Source of the DNA: Takakia lepidozioides
Taxonomy: Eukaryota > Plantae > Bryophyta
DNA length: 64,000 nt
Direction: 5' to 3'
Assembly (NCBI GenBank): GCA_030704615.1
Contig: CM060734.1
Coordinates: forward strand, 46,190,001 to 46,254,000
Shown here: positions 25,920 through 37,704 of the stretch, piece by piece
Layout of the letters: each line of letters begins with the position of its first letter
Numbering within the stretch: the stretch's first letter is position 1
Notes under the pieces: generated by a model
Told to the model about the DNA's origin: nothing
The model's input: the letters and a program-made list of their open reading frames with translations, nothing else
The model's database searches: none
Made by a program: the position numbers and the translations under genes

Positions 25920-26966
25920 ACCTAGGACTTAATAGTAGTTCCAATTTTGAATTGCAACTGCTTCTCTCTATAGTCGGACAACTCACCTTTTGTCTCCATT
26001 GTCCCCCCACTGACTAGGGTCGGAAAGTGTTCATCCCAAAGCTTCTCTTCATCTTGATATCTGTTACTTTCCTGCTGCCACATCAGCAGTAACTTGTCAA
26101 AATCACTCCAAACCACCCCACATCCACCCAATGAGCTAACTTACAACATTCAATATGTAAATTCAGGGTTAAGTCTGATGAGATGGCAAAATAGGCTGAA
26201 ATAGGTTGAAGAAGAAGGTGCCCTCACCACATTGTCCTCAACCTTGTGTCATGACCCATGGAGGATTTAACTGACCATGCACCCAAGAGGACATCTTGTG
26301 TGTGCGAGGTGTGTGCTGCTTCCACAGGGAATTGTAAGCGATCTGGAGCTTGAAATCCAGCCCTCTTGGATGAATATGGACCCACACTGCTCCCTACTCC
26401 TTCTGCTATCCATGCCTCTGCACAAATCATGCATACATCTTTGCCTTGATGCTAGCAGCTGACAATAACACCCTAGAATTGTTCCAGCAAACTCCCCAAC
26501 CCTACTTATCACACTAATTCATATGCCAGCTGACTTGCGTCTACTTCCAACAGGCATTCACCTTTTTGCCTGGATTGTTCCACCATTGACTGGAGTCGGA
26601 ACCGTATTCATTCCAAAGCTTCTCCACATCTCTATTATCTGTTTTTCGATACTTTCCTGTCGACCACATTGGCAGTAACATGTCAAAATCATTCCAACAC
26701 CACCATAGATCCACCAACGAGCTAACTTGTAGAATTCAACATGAAAATTTAGGGACGACTCTGATAGTAGGGGAAAACAGGGTGAAATATGTTGAAGAAG
26801 GTACCTTCATTAGCAGTGGGTCTTGTTCTATCAATTGTGCTGCTGCCATTGCTGTTTCCAGTTGACCATCTACCCACTTGTAGCCGTTGTGCTATTGAAG
26901 AAGGTGCCCCCCCTTCCCCCATCATTTGATCATAGGTCTCCAAAGCCCCCATACCATGTCCCTGCT
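25920..26966 (-). pseudogene. Scrambled fragments of a PDF-motif/PPR gene
   Basis: DEEKLWDEHF.. and WWNNPGKK-type PDF halves, IHPRGLDFK, and PPR piece QGHGMGALETYDQMMGE. Homologous to 41.7-43.6 kb and 44.8-46 kb. Confidence 0.7.
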
Positions 26967-27870
26967 CACTACAACAGATTGCGGCTTTTATGACTCGCAT
27001 GGGTGCGCAGTCATGACAGATTTGTGGCAGAAATGCCATTTGCAGTCGTAAAATGCTTTTGAAGTCATAATGCAGGTCTGGAGAAGGCGTATATGTGACT
27101 GCATGGCTTCGGACTCTGCGCAACACAGGTCAAACATGTTTGACCATGAATATTGGCATGGCAGATATGACTACCAGTCACGGTCATGGCTACACTGGAA
27201 TGACGTGTGCATATTGCAAGACAGACATATGACTTCATGACTCTCACTCTAATGCATTATGCCAGATCATCACATGGATGAATCACTACATGACTACACA
27301 TGTCGACACATGCTTTTCTGGTTATATATATAATATATGAGTATTTATATCTTAAAAAAACGGAGACTCTTACCACTAGAATGAATTAAAAAAAACCCAA
27401 AAAAACAAAGATTTAAAAAAAATCACATCGGCTGGTAAGTGCACAGTGTGTCGCCCTTGTGGTTTGGGGTTCAAACCCGCTGCCCTTATCCTGTGTGTTG
27501 GATTGTTCGAGACGGTATGTCTTGACGTTGATCGTCCTGTAGATCTTATGGCCCATAAATGAAGGCGGGTGAATTTTTCCCCTCCTCAAGGGCTTGTGGT
27601 TTCTTTTAAGAAAATAAAAAAAATAAAAAAGGGGCTTTTAGGGTTTACAAAAAGGTTAAAAAACTTAAAAAGTTGCCCATCACGGTAGCGTGAACAGACT
27701 TAGAGCGAGCGGGAGGGAGAGAGAGAGCGGGCTGGGACTTAGAGCGAGCGAGCGAGCGGGAGGGAGGGCAAACATGCATGGGAGGCCCGCATTGGAGCAA
27801 CCTTCGCATCTGAAGCAAGCAGCCCTAGAAACGCTAGGATATGTGTGCGAGGAGGTTTCGGCTGGGAGCT
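26967..27870. mobile_element. CACTA element terminal fragment (one end)
   Basis: Starts CACTACAACAGATTGCGGCTTTTA followed by CATGAC/GTCATG subterminal motifs. Near-identical terminus at 43617. The internal boundary is approximate. Confidence 0.75.
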
Positions 27871-27874
27871 CGCC

Positions 27875-29085
27875 GTTCTTGGGAGAGTCAGCTTCGTCTT
27901 AGCAGGCCGTGTTTCAATCTGTACCCGCTCGGTCCTGATTTTACAGCACGGAGCAAAGCTGGCATGAGTTTCTTAAAGATCCTTCACGATGGTGGGACAA
28001 CCGCAATCGCAAGGTGTGGCTTTTTCTTAATGTACGATGTGAAGAAGTTTGTCCATCCTGCAAATGTGGGTTGTTGGCTCCTGTTAGTACCATGATTGGT
28101 ATTCATCCTGATGTTTACAAGGTTCTTGGGAGAGTTAGCTTGGTCTTAGCATGCCGTGTTTCAATCTCTGCCCACTCAGCTGTACCGTGGTGGTTCTCAC
28201 TAACCAATCCGACATTACCTAACTACAGACACAAGCAGCACACACAAGAGGTCCTCTTGGGTTCATGGTCAGTCAAATCCTCCATGGGTCATGACACAAG
28301 GTCGAGGACAATGTGGTGAGGGCACCTTCTTCTTCGACCTATTTCAGCCTATTTTGCCCTCTCATCAGACTCGGCCCTGAATTTGAATCATGGAGCAGAG
28401 CTGGCATGAGTTTTTTTGAAGATCCTTCACGAGGGTGCGACCGCAATCGCAAGGTGTGGTTTTTTTTTAATGTACGATGTGCAGAATTTTGTCCATCCTG
28501 CAAATGTGGGTTGTTGGCTCCATGATTTGATATTCTTCCTGATGTTTACAAGGTTCTTGGGAGAGTCAGCTTGGTCTTAGCAAACCGTGTTTCAAAGTCT
28601 GCCTGCTCAGCTGCACCGTGGTGCAGGTTCTCACTGACCAATCCGACATTACCTGACTACAGACACAAGCATCACACACAAGGTCAAATCCTCCATGGGT
28701 CATGACACAAGGTCAAGGACAGTGTGGTGAGGGCACCTTCTTCTTCGACCTATTTCAGCATGTTTTGCCCTCTCATCAGACGCCCTGAGATGCATATTGA
28801 ATTTTGTAAGTTAGCTCATTGCTCGTTGATAAGTAGGGTTGGGGGTGTTTACTGGAACAATTCTAGGCTGTCATTGTTAGCTGCTAGCAAGAAGGCAAGG
28901 ATGTATGCATAGATAGCTAAAGGATTTTGTGCAGAGGCATAGATAGCTGAAGGAGCAGGGATAGAGTGTGGGCCCAAATTCGTCCAAGAGGGCCGGATTT
29001 CAAGCTCCATTATTTCAGTGTCATCCATTCAGCCAGGGATTTCCTGGTGACATTGCCAAGGCTTTACTCGCAACACGATGCTTGT
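27875..29085 (+). pseudogene. Tandemly duplicated PDF-motif gene fragments
   Basis: YSTEQSWHEFLKDPSRWWDNRNRK|GT at ~27942-28013 and TNPTLP(N/D)YRHK exon pieces, repeated at 28.38-28.70 kb. Confidence 0.7.
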
Positions 29086-29090
29086 AAAGC

Positions 29091-30193
29091 GACAGGCTGT
29101 GGCGGGCTGTGACAGGCTGTGCCCTGTGGCCTGTGGGGCTGTGACGGGCTGTGATGGGCTGTGGCGGGCTGTAACAGGCTGTGCCTTGTGGCCTGTGGGG
29201 CTGTGACGGGCTGTGAGGGGTTGTGGCCTGTGGGGCTGTGACGGGCTGTGAGGGGCTGTGGCCTTTGGGGCTATGACCCCTGTGACCTGTGTGGGGCTAT
29301 GACGAGCTGAGGGGCTGTGACAGGCTGTGCCCTGTGGCCTGTGGGGCTGTGACGGGCTGTGACGGGCTGTGGCGGGCTGTGACAGGCTGTGCCCTGTGGC
29401 CTATGGGGCTGTGAGGGGCTGTGATAGGCTGTGACCTTTGGGGCTGTGACCCTGTGACCTGTGTAGGGCTGTGACAGGCTGTGGCCTGTGTGGGGCTGTG
29501 ATGGCTGTGACCAGTGAGCTGTGTGGGCCTATGCTGGTCTGTGGTGGCCCGTGTTGACCTGTGGACGGCCTGTGCTGACTCGTGGAGACACTAGTGGACT
29601 GCCTAAGGACTGGCATGTGGTCTTGAAGGCCGAATTTTGAAGCTCGTGGAGGGCGGTTTGAGGAGTATCTTCATGATATTCCCATGGTCATGCAAGTGGG
29701 GGAAGAGAGGAGAAGAAGAGTGTTGGGATGAGGGCATGTTGGGGTTAGGCATTGCTTTAGCTTCTCTTCCTCGTAGTTTCCACCCTCTCATTAGGCCAAG
29801 ACCTTTCCGTAGGTGGAGGCAAGAGTCAGTCCGGGTTTGGGCTGGGGTGTCCTTGCAGGAGCAACACCGTGGAGTTGTTTTTGGTGTGGGGGAGTTGTCG
29901 TTCTGATTTCTTGTGTTTGGATCCCCTCCATACCTGCATGCTTGACTGTGCGCCATGCTAGTTTTGTGTGGGCGCTTGTTCTTATAGGTGATTGGTCCGG
30001 ATTAGATCACCGGCCAGTCCTAGAGCATGCTGTCGATGGTGAGGCTGGGGTGATGACCAGCCAGACCATCATTGTTTCTTCTGTGGTGAGGTTGGAGGTG
30101 ATGACCAGCCAACCATAGGAGTGCTTGCGGTGGATGCAGGTACAGGTGTAGGCTATGTTAGGAACTTAGTATTCCAAACCATAAGCCGCAACA
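29091..30193 (-). repeat. Partial LTR (5' part) probably of the chromovirus family, including the GGCTGTG minisatellite (29091-29525)
   Basis: Minus strand begins TGTTGCGG at 30193 and runs into the same minisatellite, in the same orientation, as the LTR part at 8470-10020. Confidence 0.55.
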
Positions 30194-30465
30194 GGTTCTC
30201 TACCCGGTTACCTTGTGGAGAGGGGGTTATGGACATGTTCATGACATGTTGAGTGTCAACACGGAGGTGCCACTAGTTGCTAGGGACAGTGCCGGTTCGA
30301 GCACTAGCGATACTAGTGGGTACACGAGACGAGGTGTGCGGTTTAGGCCACCTTCACCTCCTGTGTCTTCTACGGAAGGTTCTAATTCGGATTGTGAATC
30401 AGGAGGACTCATACCGGCGGTGCAAGTTGTTTCTTTGCCATTGTTGTGGGACACAAAGGAGGAGA

Positions 30466-31950
30466 TGTATGGAGCTACCAAGGGGCCACGAAGGTACTAT
30501 GGGGCGGTGGGCACCATCGAGTTGGATGATTTTATCCAAGAGTTTGATAGTTGGTGTGATTTGCAGCAAATGCACAATCCACAACTATTTACGCCTTTCA
30601 TGGCATGGAAGGGGCTGTTTCAGCACCTTGAGGGGCCGCCTATGGATGATTACCATGAGTTCAGGCGGGGGCATGAGGTTGAGATCAAGGAGTGGAGGAT
30701 GTACTGGTCACCCGACTATGTCTCCATCACTAGGGGCACTAGAGCCACGAGGGCAGTGGCTACACCTGCCGCTGCACCGGCAGCTTCAGCAAGTAGCAGT
30801 GTGACTAGTGGGACTGGTGGTACAGTAGCTACGACGTCCACCCAAGCCACTACCGCACTAGCACTAGTACCCGTGCCTGCCTTCACCCTGTTGTGGAGTT
30901 CTTCGAAGAGTTGAGAGGGAACTACCAAGGGGTGAGGACAGAGAAGTTGCGGAGCTTGCAAGAGTTCCAACGGAAGCCGACCGAGAGCTTGAGGGAGGCT
31001 TTCACTCGCATGAGGCGCTTGATAAATGTAACCCAAGGGATTACGGAAGCTCAGGCAGTCCAATTCTGGTATGGGATATTGGACAAGGAGCTGAGGAGAA
31101 GGGTGCGGGATGCAACTCTCCTACAAGTGGCCCAACCCACCTTAGCAAATGTATTTTTGCTGGCAGAGCGGATAGAGCTCAACATGGTGGAGGAACGAGT
31201 GGTCATGGTGGGATTTGCTAAGGAGACACCACGGGGTAGTGGTGCTCCTAGCCAACCACTACCTCAACGTGCTCAAGGCAATAAGGGGGCTCAGGTGAAG
31301 CTCAGGGAAGGGCAGAGAGGACCTCAGATGCAGGGGTCTCTCCCTTCATTTGCTGGCCAACAACGGGCGGATGTGGTGTGCTGGACATGTGGAGGACCCC
31401 ATGTCAAGAAGGATTGCCCAGAGGGAGGCAAAGGGCTGGCACATGCACAGCCTGCACAGTTGCAGTGTGGGCATTGTGGCAAGCACGGGCATGGAGAGGC
31501 CCAGTGTTATGGTTTGCATCCTGAGTTGCGCCCAGGCCAGTTCCAAGGGAACAATGGTGGCCGGGGGCGAGGTGGAGCAGCCCAGAGAGGACGAGGTGGC
31601 CAGCCACGAGGTGCAGGCCAAGGGCAAGCTCAACATGGCAAGGATGCGGAGGTCAGGGTGTTGACTAAGGCATGGCCAACCGGCTTCAGCAGCTAGAGCA
31701 AAGGCTCGCTGCCATGGCTACAGCTCAGGTGGTACCGGCTCTAAGGCCGGATGGTCCACCTCCTGTTCCTGAGGGAGGAGATATGGGAGGCATGGGATTC
31801 ATGTGTGGAGCAGCACTACCACTAGTGCAGGTGGAGTCTGCTGTAGCCGTGACTCGAGGAGCAGCACGAGTTCCTGAGCCACGAGGTGCAGAGGTAGAGT
31901 TGGATCCACAGCGTAGGGAGGCAAGCCGTCAGGCTAGGCTTCCTCAGTAA
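30466..31950 (+). pseudogene. Gag with two zinc knuckles (frameshifted)
   Basis: LQEFQRKPTESLREAFTRM (gag), CWTCGGPHVKKDC, CGHCGKHGHGEAQC and an RGG-rich tract. Frameshifts near 30890 and 31660. Confidence 0.85.
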
Positions 31951-31956
31951 TTCACA

Positions 31957-32832
31957 TTGGCGGAGACAGTGTCGACGCCATCCATGGCACCTAGTTCTCG
32001 TCCGACTGTTACTGAGGCGGAGGGAGGTTACTATGCCATTGGGAGAGCTACACGGGTAGCATCACTACCTAGTGTTGCCAAGGCTACGGCAGCTAGTGTG
32101 CTACTAGGAGCGGCCACATCTGTGTACCAGGCTCCATTGTTCTCGGCTACCATGATTGTGATGCCGGGGGTAAGACCAGCTGAGGTGTTCAGGCTGGCAG
32201 CTACACTCTGTGAGAGTGAGCAGGTTACTTCATCTTCTGCGGAGATAGTGGGAGGTGTAGTGCCGGAGGGATCCTCGGATTTGAGGGTCAAGACTGCCAC
32301 GGCGGCGCCATGGCAAGCTGCAACTGCCAGGTTGATGGAGCTGCCAGCTAGGCCAGCCATTGAGCGCGCCATGGTGACACCTGGAGTTGTCATGTTAGAC
32401 AACCAGGATGGCATTTTCTGTTTGAGTGGACCGGCATACAAGAGGTACCGGCCACTGCGGGTCTTGTTGGACTCGGGAGCTCAGCCATTGATGCTAGGCA
32501 GAGCTGCTATTGCAGGCTTGGGCCTCACGGAGGCGGATATGGAGCTTTGTCCTTTCCAGATACAGACATCTCTGGGAGGATCGGAGCAGGCTCGGGGCAT
32601 GACACGGCGTGAGTTGGCTATCAGACTACGGCCGGATCACCCTACAGATGGCTCAGTGATGCGAGCCAAGGCCATTGTGACAGACGCAGTCTCAAACGAT
32701 GTCTTGGTTGGTGGGGCAGTGTTGTACCCCATGGGCTTCACCTTGGATTTTTGGGAGGAGTCAGCTTCCTATAGGCCTGCATGGCAGTCAGGGGAGGGCC
32801 GGCGTGTGCAGCTTCATGTGACGTTCATATGA
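31957..32832 (+). pseudogene. Retroviral-type aspartic protease region
   Basis: RVLLDSGAQPLML active-site motif with downstream DVLVG. Confidence 0.85.
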
Positions 32833-33183
32833 GGAGTTGCGGTTGCCCAGCGAGGCAAGATGCCGACACTAGCAGCATTCACAGCGGCAGTGAGTTGGCC
32901 TAGAGAGTTGCTTGAGGGCAACGCTCATTCAGAGGATGTGCCACCTCCGGGAGAGTAGGATGACATGTATGGTATGGCGGAGTTGCCTACCATGGTTGCT
33001 CAGACTCCATTGTGGGGCACGAGCAAGGATTTGCAGCGGGATGCTGATCGACGGGTGCAACAAGCCTGGGTGGAGGCTTTTGTACCTTCAGGAGAGGAGG
33101 AGAGTGCGGGGATTACACCAGGACCACCTCAGTTGTCTCCAATGGACACCACACCTATTGTGTGGCAGTATCCGGATGAAGGC

Positions 33184-34130
33184 ATTTGTCTTCTGGACTT
33201 GTTTGGCGGGATCAGCACCGGATTGGCTGCTGTGTTACAGGCAGGTGTACGAGTTCGGCGTTACCTGTATGTGGAGAGGGATGAGACTGCACGACGCGTT
33301 TCACTTCGCCATGTTGCTCAGTTGGTGCAGCGGTACCCTGAGTTGTTGTCGGTGTCTGCAATTCGTGGATATCAGCAGGCCTTGCCAGCAGATATTACAT
33401 TGCTGGGGGCGCAGGATTTGAAGCGGGTTGGCTCCATTGATCTGGTAGTGGCAGGTTGGCCCTGCCAAGGGCATTCATCAGCCGGGCATGGCAATGGATT
33501 GCGAGACTCGAGGTCGGGTCTGTTTTGGGAGATGGTGCGGGTTTTGCGCCACTTGCAGCTTCATCAAGCTGTATCTCCAGCATATATCTTGGAGAATGTG
33601 CCACTGATGGGCGATTCTTGGGCCAGGGTGATGGCCAGTGTGCATCAAGTCCGGTCGTGGCTTGGGTCAGCAGTGTTGCTAGATGCAGCTACAGTGGGGT
33701 CACGGGCTCATCGACCATGGCTATGGTGGACTAACTTGATGCCACCCGCACTGCTCAAGCGTGCATTTGATGGGGTGCAGCGGCCAACACATCTCACAGT
33801 GGATAGCATTCTGGATACAGGGAGGCAGTCTCAGCGTGTGAGACACGATGACCGTTCGCCTTTGGCAGTGGTCAACAAGGTGGGTCAACCACGAGCAGCA
33901 TTATCTACACTGCTCAGCTTCCCAGGATCGCATGCTTTCCGGGATAGTGGACCTGGCCTCCTGTGGGATGCTCAATTGCAGCAGTTAGTGGAGCCTAATG
34001 CTGACGAGCGTGAGTGGGCAATGGGTTTCTCCACTGGGACCACGGCGGTGCTTCTCTTTCTGAGGCGTCACGTCGTCAGGTGTTGGGGCAAGCAATGGAT
34101 CTAAATTGCTTGACCTGGATTATCAGCTTG
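33184..34130 (+). pseudogene. Retrotransposon-encoded C5 cytosine DNA methyltransferase domain, DNMT3-like, canonical motif order
   Basis: Motif I LDLFGGIS; II YVERD; III DI; IV DLVVAGWPCQGHS (Cys codon 33463-33465); V SGLFWEMVRVL; VI YILENV (33592-33600); VIII LLDAATVGSRAHRPWLWWTNL; IX EREWAMGF; X (after a frameshift near 34045) RRQVLGQAMD. Confidence 0.93.
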
Positions 34131-34559
34131 GCTATGGCTGAGCAACGAAGAGTGCGGAGTGCACTTCCCTTGACGGTCTCTCTGCCTACCGAGACGGTAC
34201 AGGCAGTGAGTGGGGGCGAGCAGGTGAGGACCACGAGGTGCAGGCCGCATCCATGGCACACGTGGGAGGTGCTCGAGGTTCAGAAGGAGTTGGCAGCCAA
34301 GGCGGCGGTGATGGATCAGTTTGGGGATTTTTCTCGGATTGAGGAGGTCCTCAAGGATGGGGTGATGGGGCAAGATGAGACATTGTCACTGACAGAGGAG
34401 GCAGTGGTCACTACTCAAGAGGTTGCAGCATAGCAACCACGGGACGCGTCTTCTACCTCTAAGCCTGCTTGACTCAAGGTTGCAGTCACGGAGGACAACT
34501 GGGAGCCTGATGTTGGACCTATAGTCACCGGAGAAGAGAGACGACGTATACGGCGGTTC

Positions 34560-35820
34560 TTGAGGGCTTACAGGATCTGCTTTGCCTTCAGTTTGAAGGA
34601 CTTAGGAGCACTGAAGGGTCAAGAGATTCGCATTGAGTTGGCCACTGACACGCCAATCTTTCGGAGACCCTATAGATACAGTGACATGGAGAGGTCTTTG
34701 ATTCAGATGAGGACTCAAGATCTCTGGGAGGCAGGTTTGGTGGAGCTCTCTGGTGGAGGTATGCTTCAGCACTTCAGCCACAGTGATGCCAGCCAAGATG
34801 GACGGCAATTGGACGGAGAGACGTATGTGCGGTGATTACCGGCCTGTAAATCGTCAGACCAAGTCCGATAAGTATGCCATGCCAACACCAGAGGAGATCT
34901 TTGATGCCATCGGGCATGCTAAGGTCTTTAGCACTTTGGATTTACGATCCGAATATCACCAGTTGTCAATCAAGGAGGCGGACAAGCAGAAGACTACATT
35001 CTGGGGGATCGATGAGCACGGCAAGGATTGCCTATATCAGTGGCGGTTCTTACCATTTGGCTTAAGAATGCTCGTGCAGAGTTTCAGAGAGTCATGGATA
35101 GGATTCTAGCAGGGGTGGACTTTGCTTGGTGCTACATAGATGACATCATCATCTTTAGTGTTACGATGGAGGAGCATGAGAGACACCTTCAGGTAGTATT
35201 GGAGCGCTTGAGAGCGCACGGATTGAAGTTGCATCCGGGGAAGTGCAAGTTTTTCCACAACCAGATTGAGTATCTGGGTCACATGATATATCCTGAAGGA
35301 TTGGGGGTACAGTATACTAAGGTAGAGGCCATTGCACAAATTCCACGCCCCACGGATGTGAGCCGAGTTCGAGCTTTCATGGGGTTGGCAAACTATTATA
35401 GACGGTTTGTCAAGGGATTTAGTACCATTGCAAAGGCTCTAACCAAGCTGACCAAGGTGGACCAGGAGTGGCAGTGGGAAGATGAGCAGGAACGAGCTTT
35501 TCAAGAGCTCAAGGCAAGGTTGACCTCGGCGCCTATCCTGAGACAACCTATCAGGGGGCGTCCCTTTCAGCTGCATATGGATTGGAGCATGCTGGGGCTT
35601 GGAGCGGTGCTCACACAGGTGGATGACACTTCAGTATCTATACGGCAATCTTTTCACCCTTGTCACGGATCACCAGCCACTCAAGTGGTTGATGGAGTCA
35701 GACAAGCTTACGGGGAAGCTTGCACGGTGGACACTCATACTCCAGGAGTATGACTTTCAGGTTGTGCATCGACCGGGTTTGGTCAATCGGGATGCGGATG
35801 GATTGAGTCGCAATCCATGC
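34560..35820 (+). pseudogene. Reverse transcriptase and RNase H of copy 2
   Basis: RMCGDYRPVN, STLDLRSEYHQ, LPFGL, CYIDDIII, HMDWSMLGLGAVL and TDHQPLKWL. About 110 bp of RNase H, retained in copy 1 at ~8095-8205, is deleted near 35628. Confidence 0.9.
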
Positions 35821-36129
35821 ATGAGCCAGCAGGATGACACTGGAGCTCGGTGGCATGGTGAGACGGACAAGGAGATGGTGCCGGGATGGCACGCATCTCC
35901 ATTTTTGTGTATCTTGGCATCGGGAGGTCAGGTTGGACCTACAACAGGGATGACTGTAGACGGAGTGTCTGAGGACCCTGAGGCTAGTGATGAGCCAAGT
36001 GGTGCCAGAGATATACATGAGGATTTGGCTGTGTTGGACTACCTCCGCACGGGAGACACGACAGCCACTGTGACTGCTAGGAAGAGGGATTGGATCCTGC
36101 AACGAGCCAAGAGGTTCAAGTGGGAAGGG

Positions 36130-37444
36130 ATACACCTACTTCGAGTGTGGGAGGATGGTCGGGTGAGGATTGTGCCTCACCCCACACAGCGTGCACGGTT
36201 AGTGCGGCATGCCCATGAAGAGTTGGGCATTTTGGAGTGCGACGCACTCACAGTTTACTGCAAGGGCAATATTGGTGGCGTGGTATGCATACAGAGGTGC
36301 AACAGTTCGTGGCTAGGTGCATGGTGTGTGACAGGGTGCGTGCTTCATTCAACACCCCTACACCACAGTTGCATCCTTACCAATCATGGGATTGGGCTAC
36401 AGGTGGAGTCTTGACTTCGCAGGACCGTTGCCACTGACTATGCGCCACCACAGATATGTGTTGGTGATGGTCTCCAAGTGGATTGAGTTGGTTCCATTGC
36501 CTGACAAGGCTAGTGAGGGGGCTGCGTATGCATTCTTGGATTGTGTGCTTAGCCGATTTGGTGCTCCAGCTGAGGTACTCACGGACCAAGGGAGAGAGTT
36601 CTTGGGGGGGTTTCAGGCTTTGTATGATAAAGCCTTGATAGACCACTGCACCACTTCTCGAGATCATCCTGAGGCCGATGGCTTAGCAGAGAGAGTTGTT
36701 CAGACGGTGAAGAGGGGTTTGCGCAAGTATGGCTTGCAGAAGGGACACCTAGGAGATTGGGATCTTCAGGTTCCTTGGTTAGCCATGGGCTACAGGTTCA
36801 GCAAACAAGCATCACTTGCCTCCTTCTCACCATATTTCCTTTTCTTTGGCCGAGAGCCGGATTTGCCTGCAGCCATTTGTAGGGACACTGCTCAAGTCCT
36901 TAACCTTGACGATCCGGATGTGTGGGTACGTGCATGTGATCAGCGTGCAGAGTTGTTCAAAAAAGTCATGCCCATGGCTTTTGAGAACCTTGCCATTGCA
37001 CAACACCGTGATACGTTGAGGTATGCCACTATACGTGGTAGAGGATATCGTCCTGGGGTTCGGAGGTTTAGCCCTGGTGACTATGTTTATTTGCAGCAGA
37101 CTGCTCCTATGACTCTAGATGTTACTGCAGGGCGTGTTATTCTGAGGGTTCGAGAGGTGTTGCCCTCAGGGGTCCTGATCTTGGAGGGTCGGGATGGCAT
37201 GACTTGGAAGAACCATGTGTGTAATTGTGCGCCATGTCACCTTCCCAATGTCGATGGCAGAGTTGACCCAAACTTGGCAGTGGTACTTGCAGGTTTGAGG
37301 TGCATGCTCTGTGGGTCTGCCAAAGGGGCAGCCACCATGCTGGTGTATGATCGATGCTCAAGGGGTTGGTATATGGGATGCTTGACACCACCTCTTGAGA
37401 AGGTTCCTGACGGAGATTGGTTGTGTCCACACTGCTTGGGATAG
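36130..37444 (+). pseudogene. Integrase with C-terminal PHD finger
   Basis: HHCC (HAHEELG...CMVC), D-D-E (SLDFAGP, LTDQGREF, LAERVVQT) and terminal CMLCGSAKGAATMLVYDRCSRGWYMGCLTPPLEKVPDGDWLCPHC. Confidence 0.9.
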
Positions 37445-37704
37445 TGGCAGTGGACATGACTGGAGGCAGCTAACAAGACATGGGAGGCCAAGCTCATAGA
37501 AGTCAATACATGAGATCCCAAGCTCAAGTTCACAGGTTGCAAGACGGCGACTAACAATGGGGCAACTCTTGCACCCGGCCTCGTGATCTATCGAGTTTGA
37601 GTGTAGTAGGGATAGTGGTGGAGGACTTAGTGAGGCTATGGTCACTATCACATCTTGTGGCTACCTGGACTTAGAGGGACCTAAGCACCAGCTAAGGGGG
37701 CGAT

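Noticed and set aside
30194-30210. GGTTCTCTACCCGG as the primer-binding site of the DNMT element
   Set aside because: I cannot match it to a tRNA 3' end, and the adjacent LTR-like sequence appears to belong to another family in the opposite orientation.
32965-34104. Host DNMT3/DRM gene or bacterial restriction-modification methylase (contamination or HGT)
   Set aside because: The domain is intronless, lacks host N-terminal domains, is embedded between protease and RT, and is repeated in the same context in a second copy.
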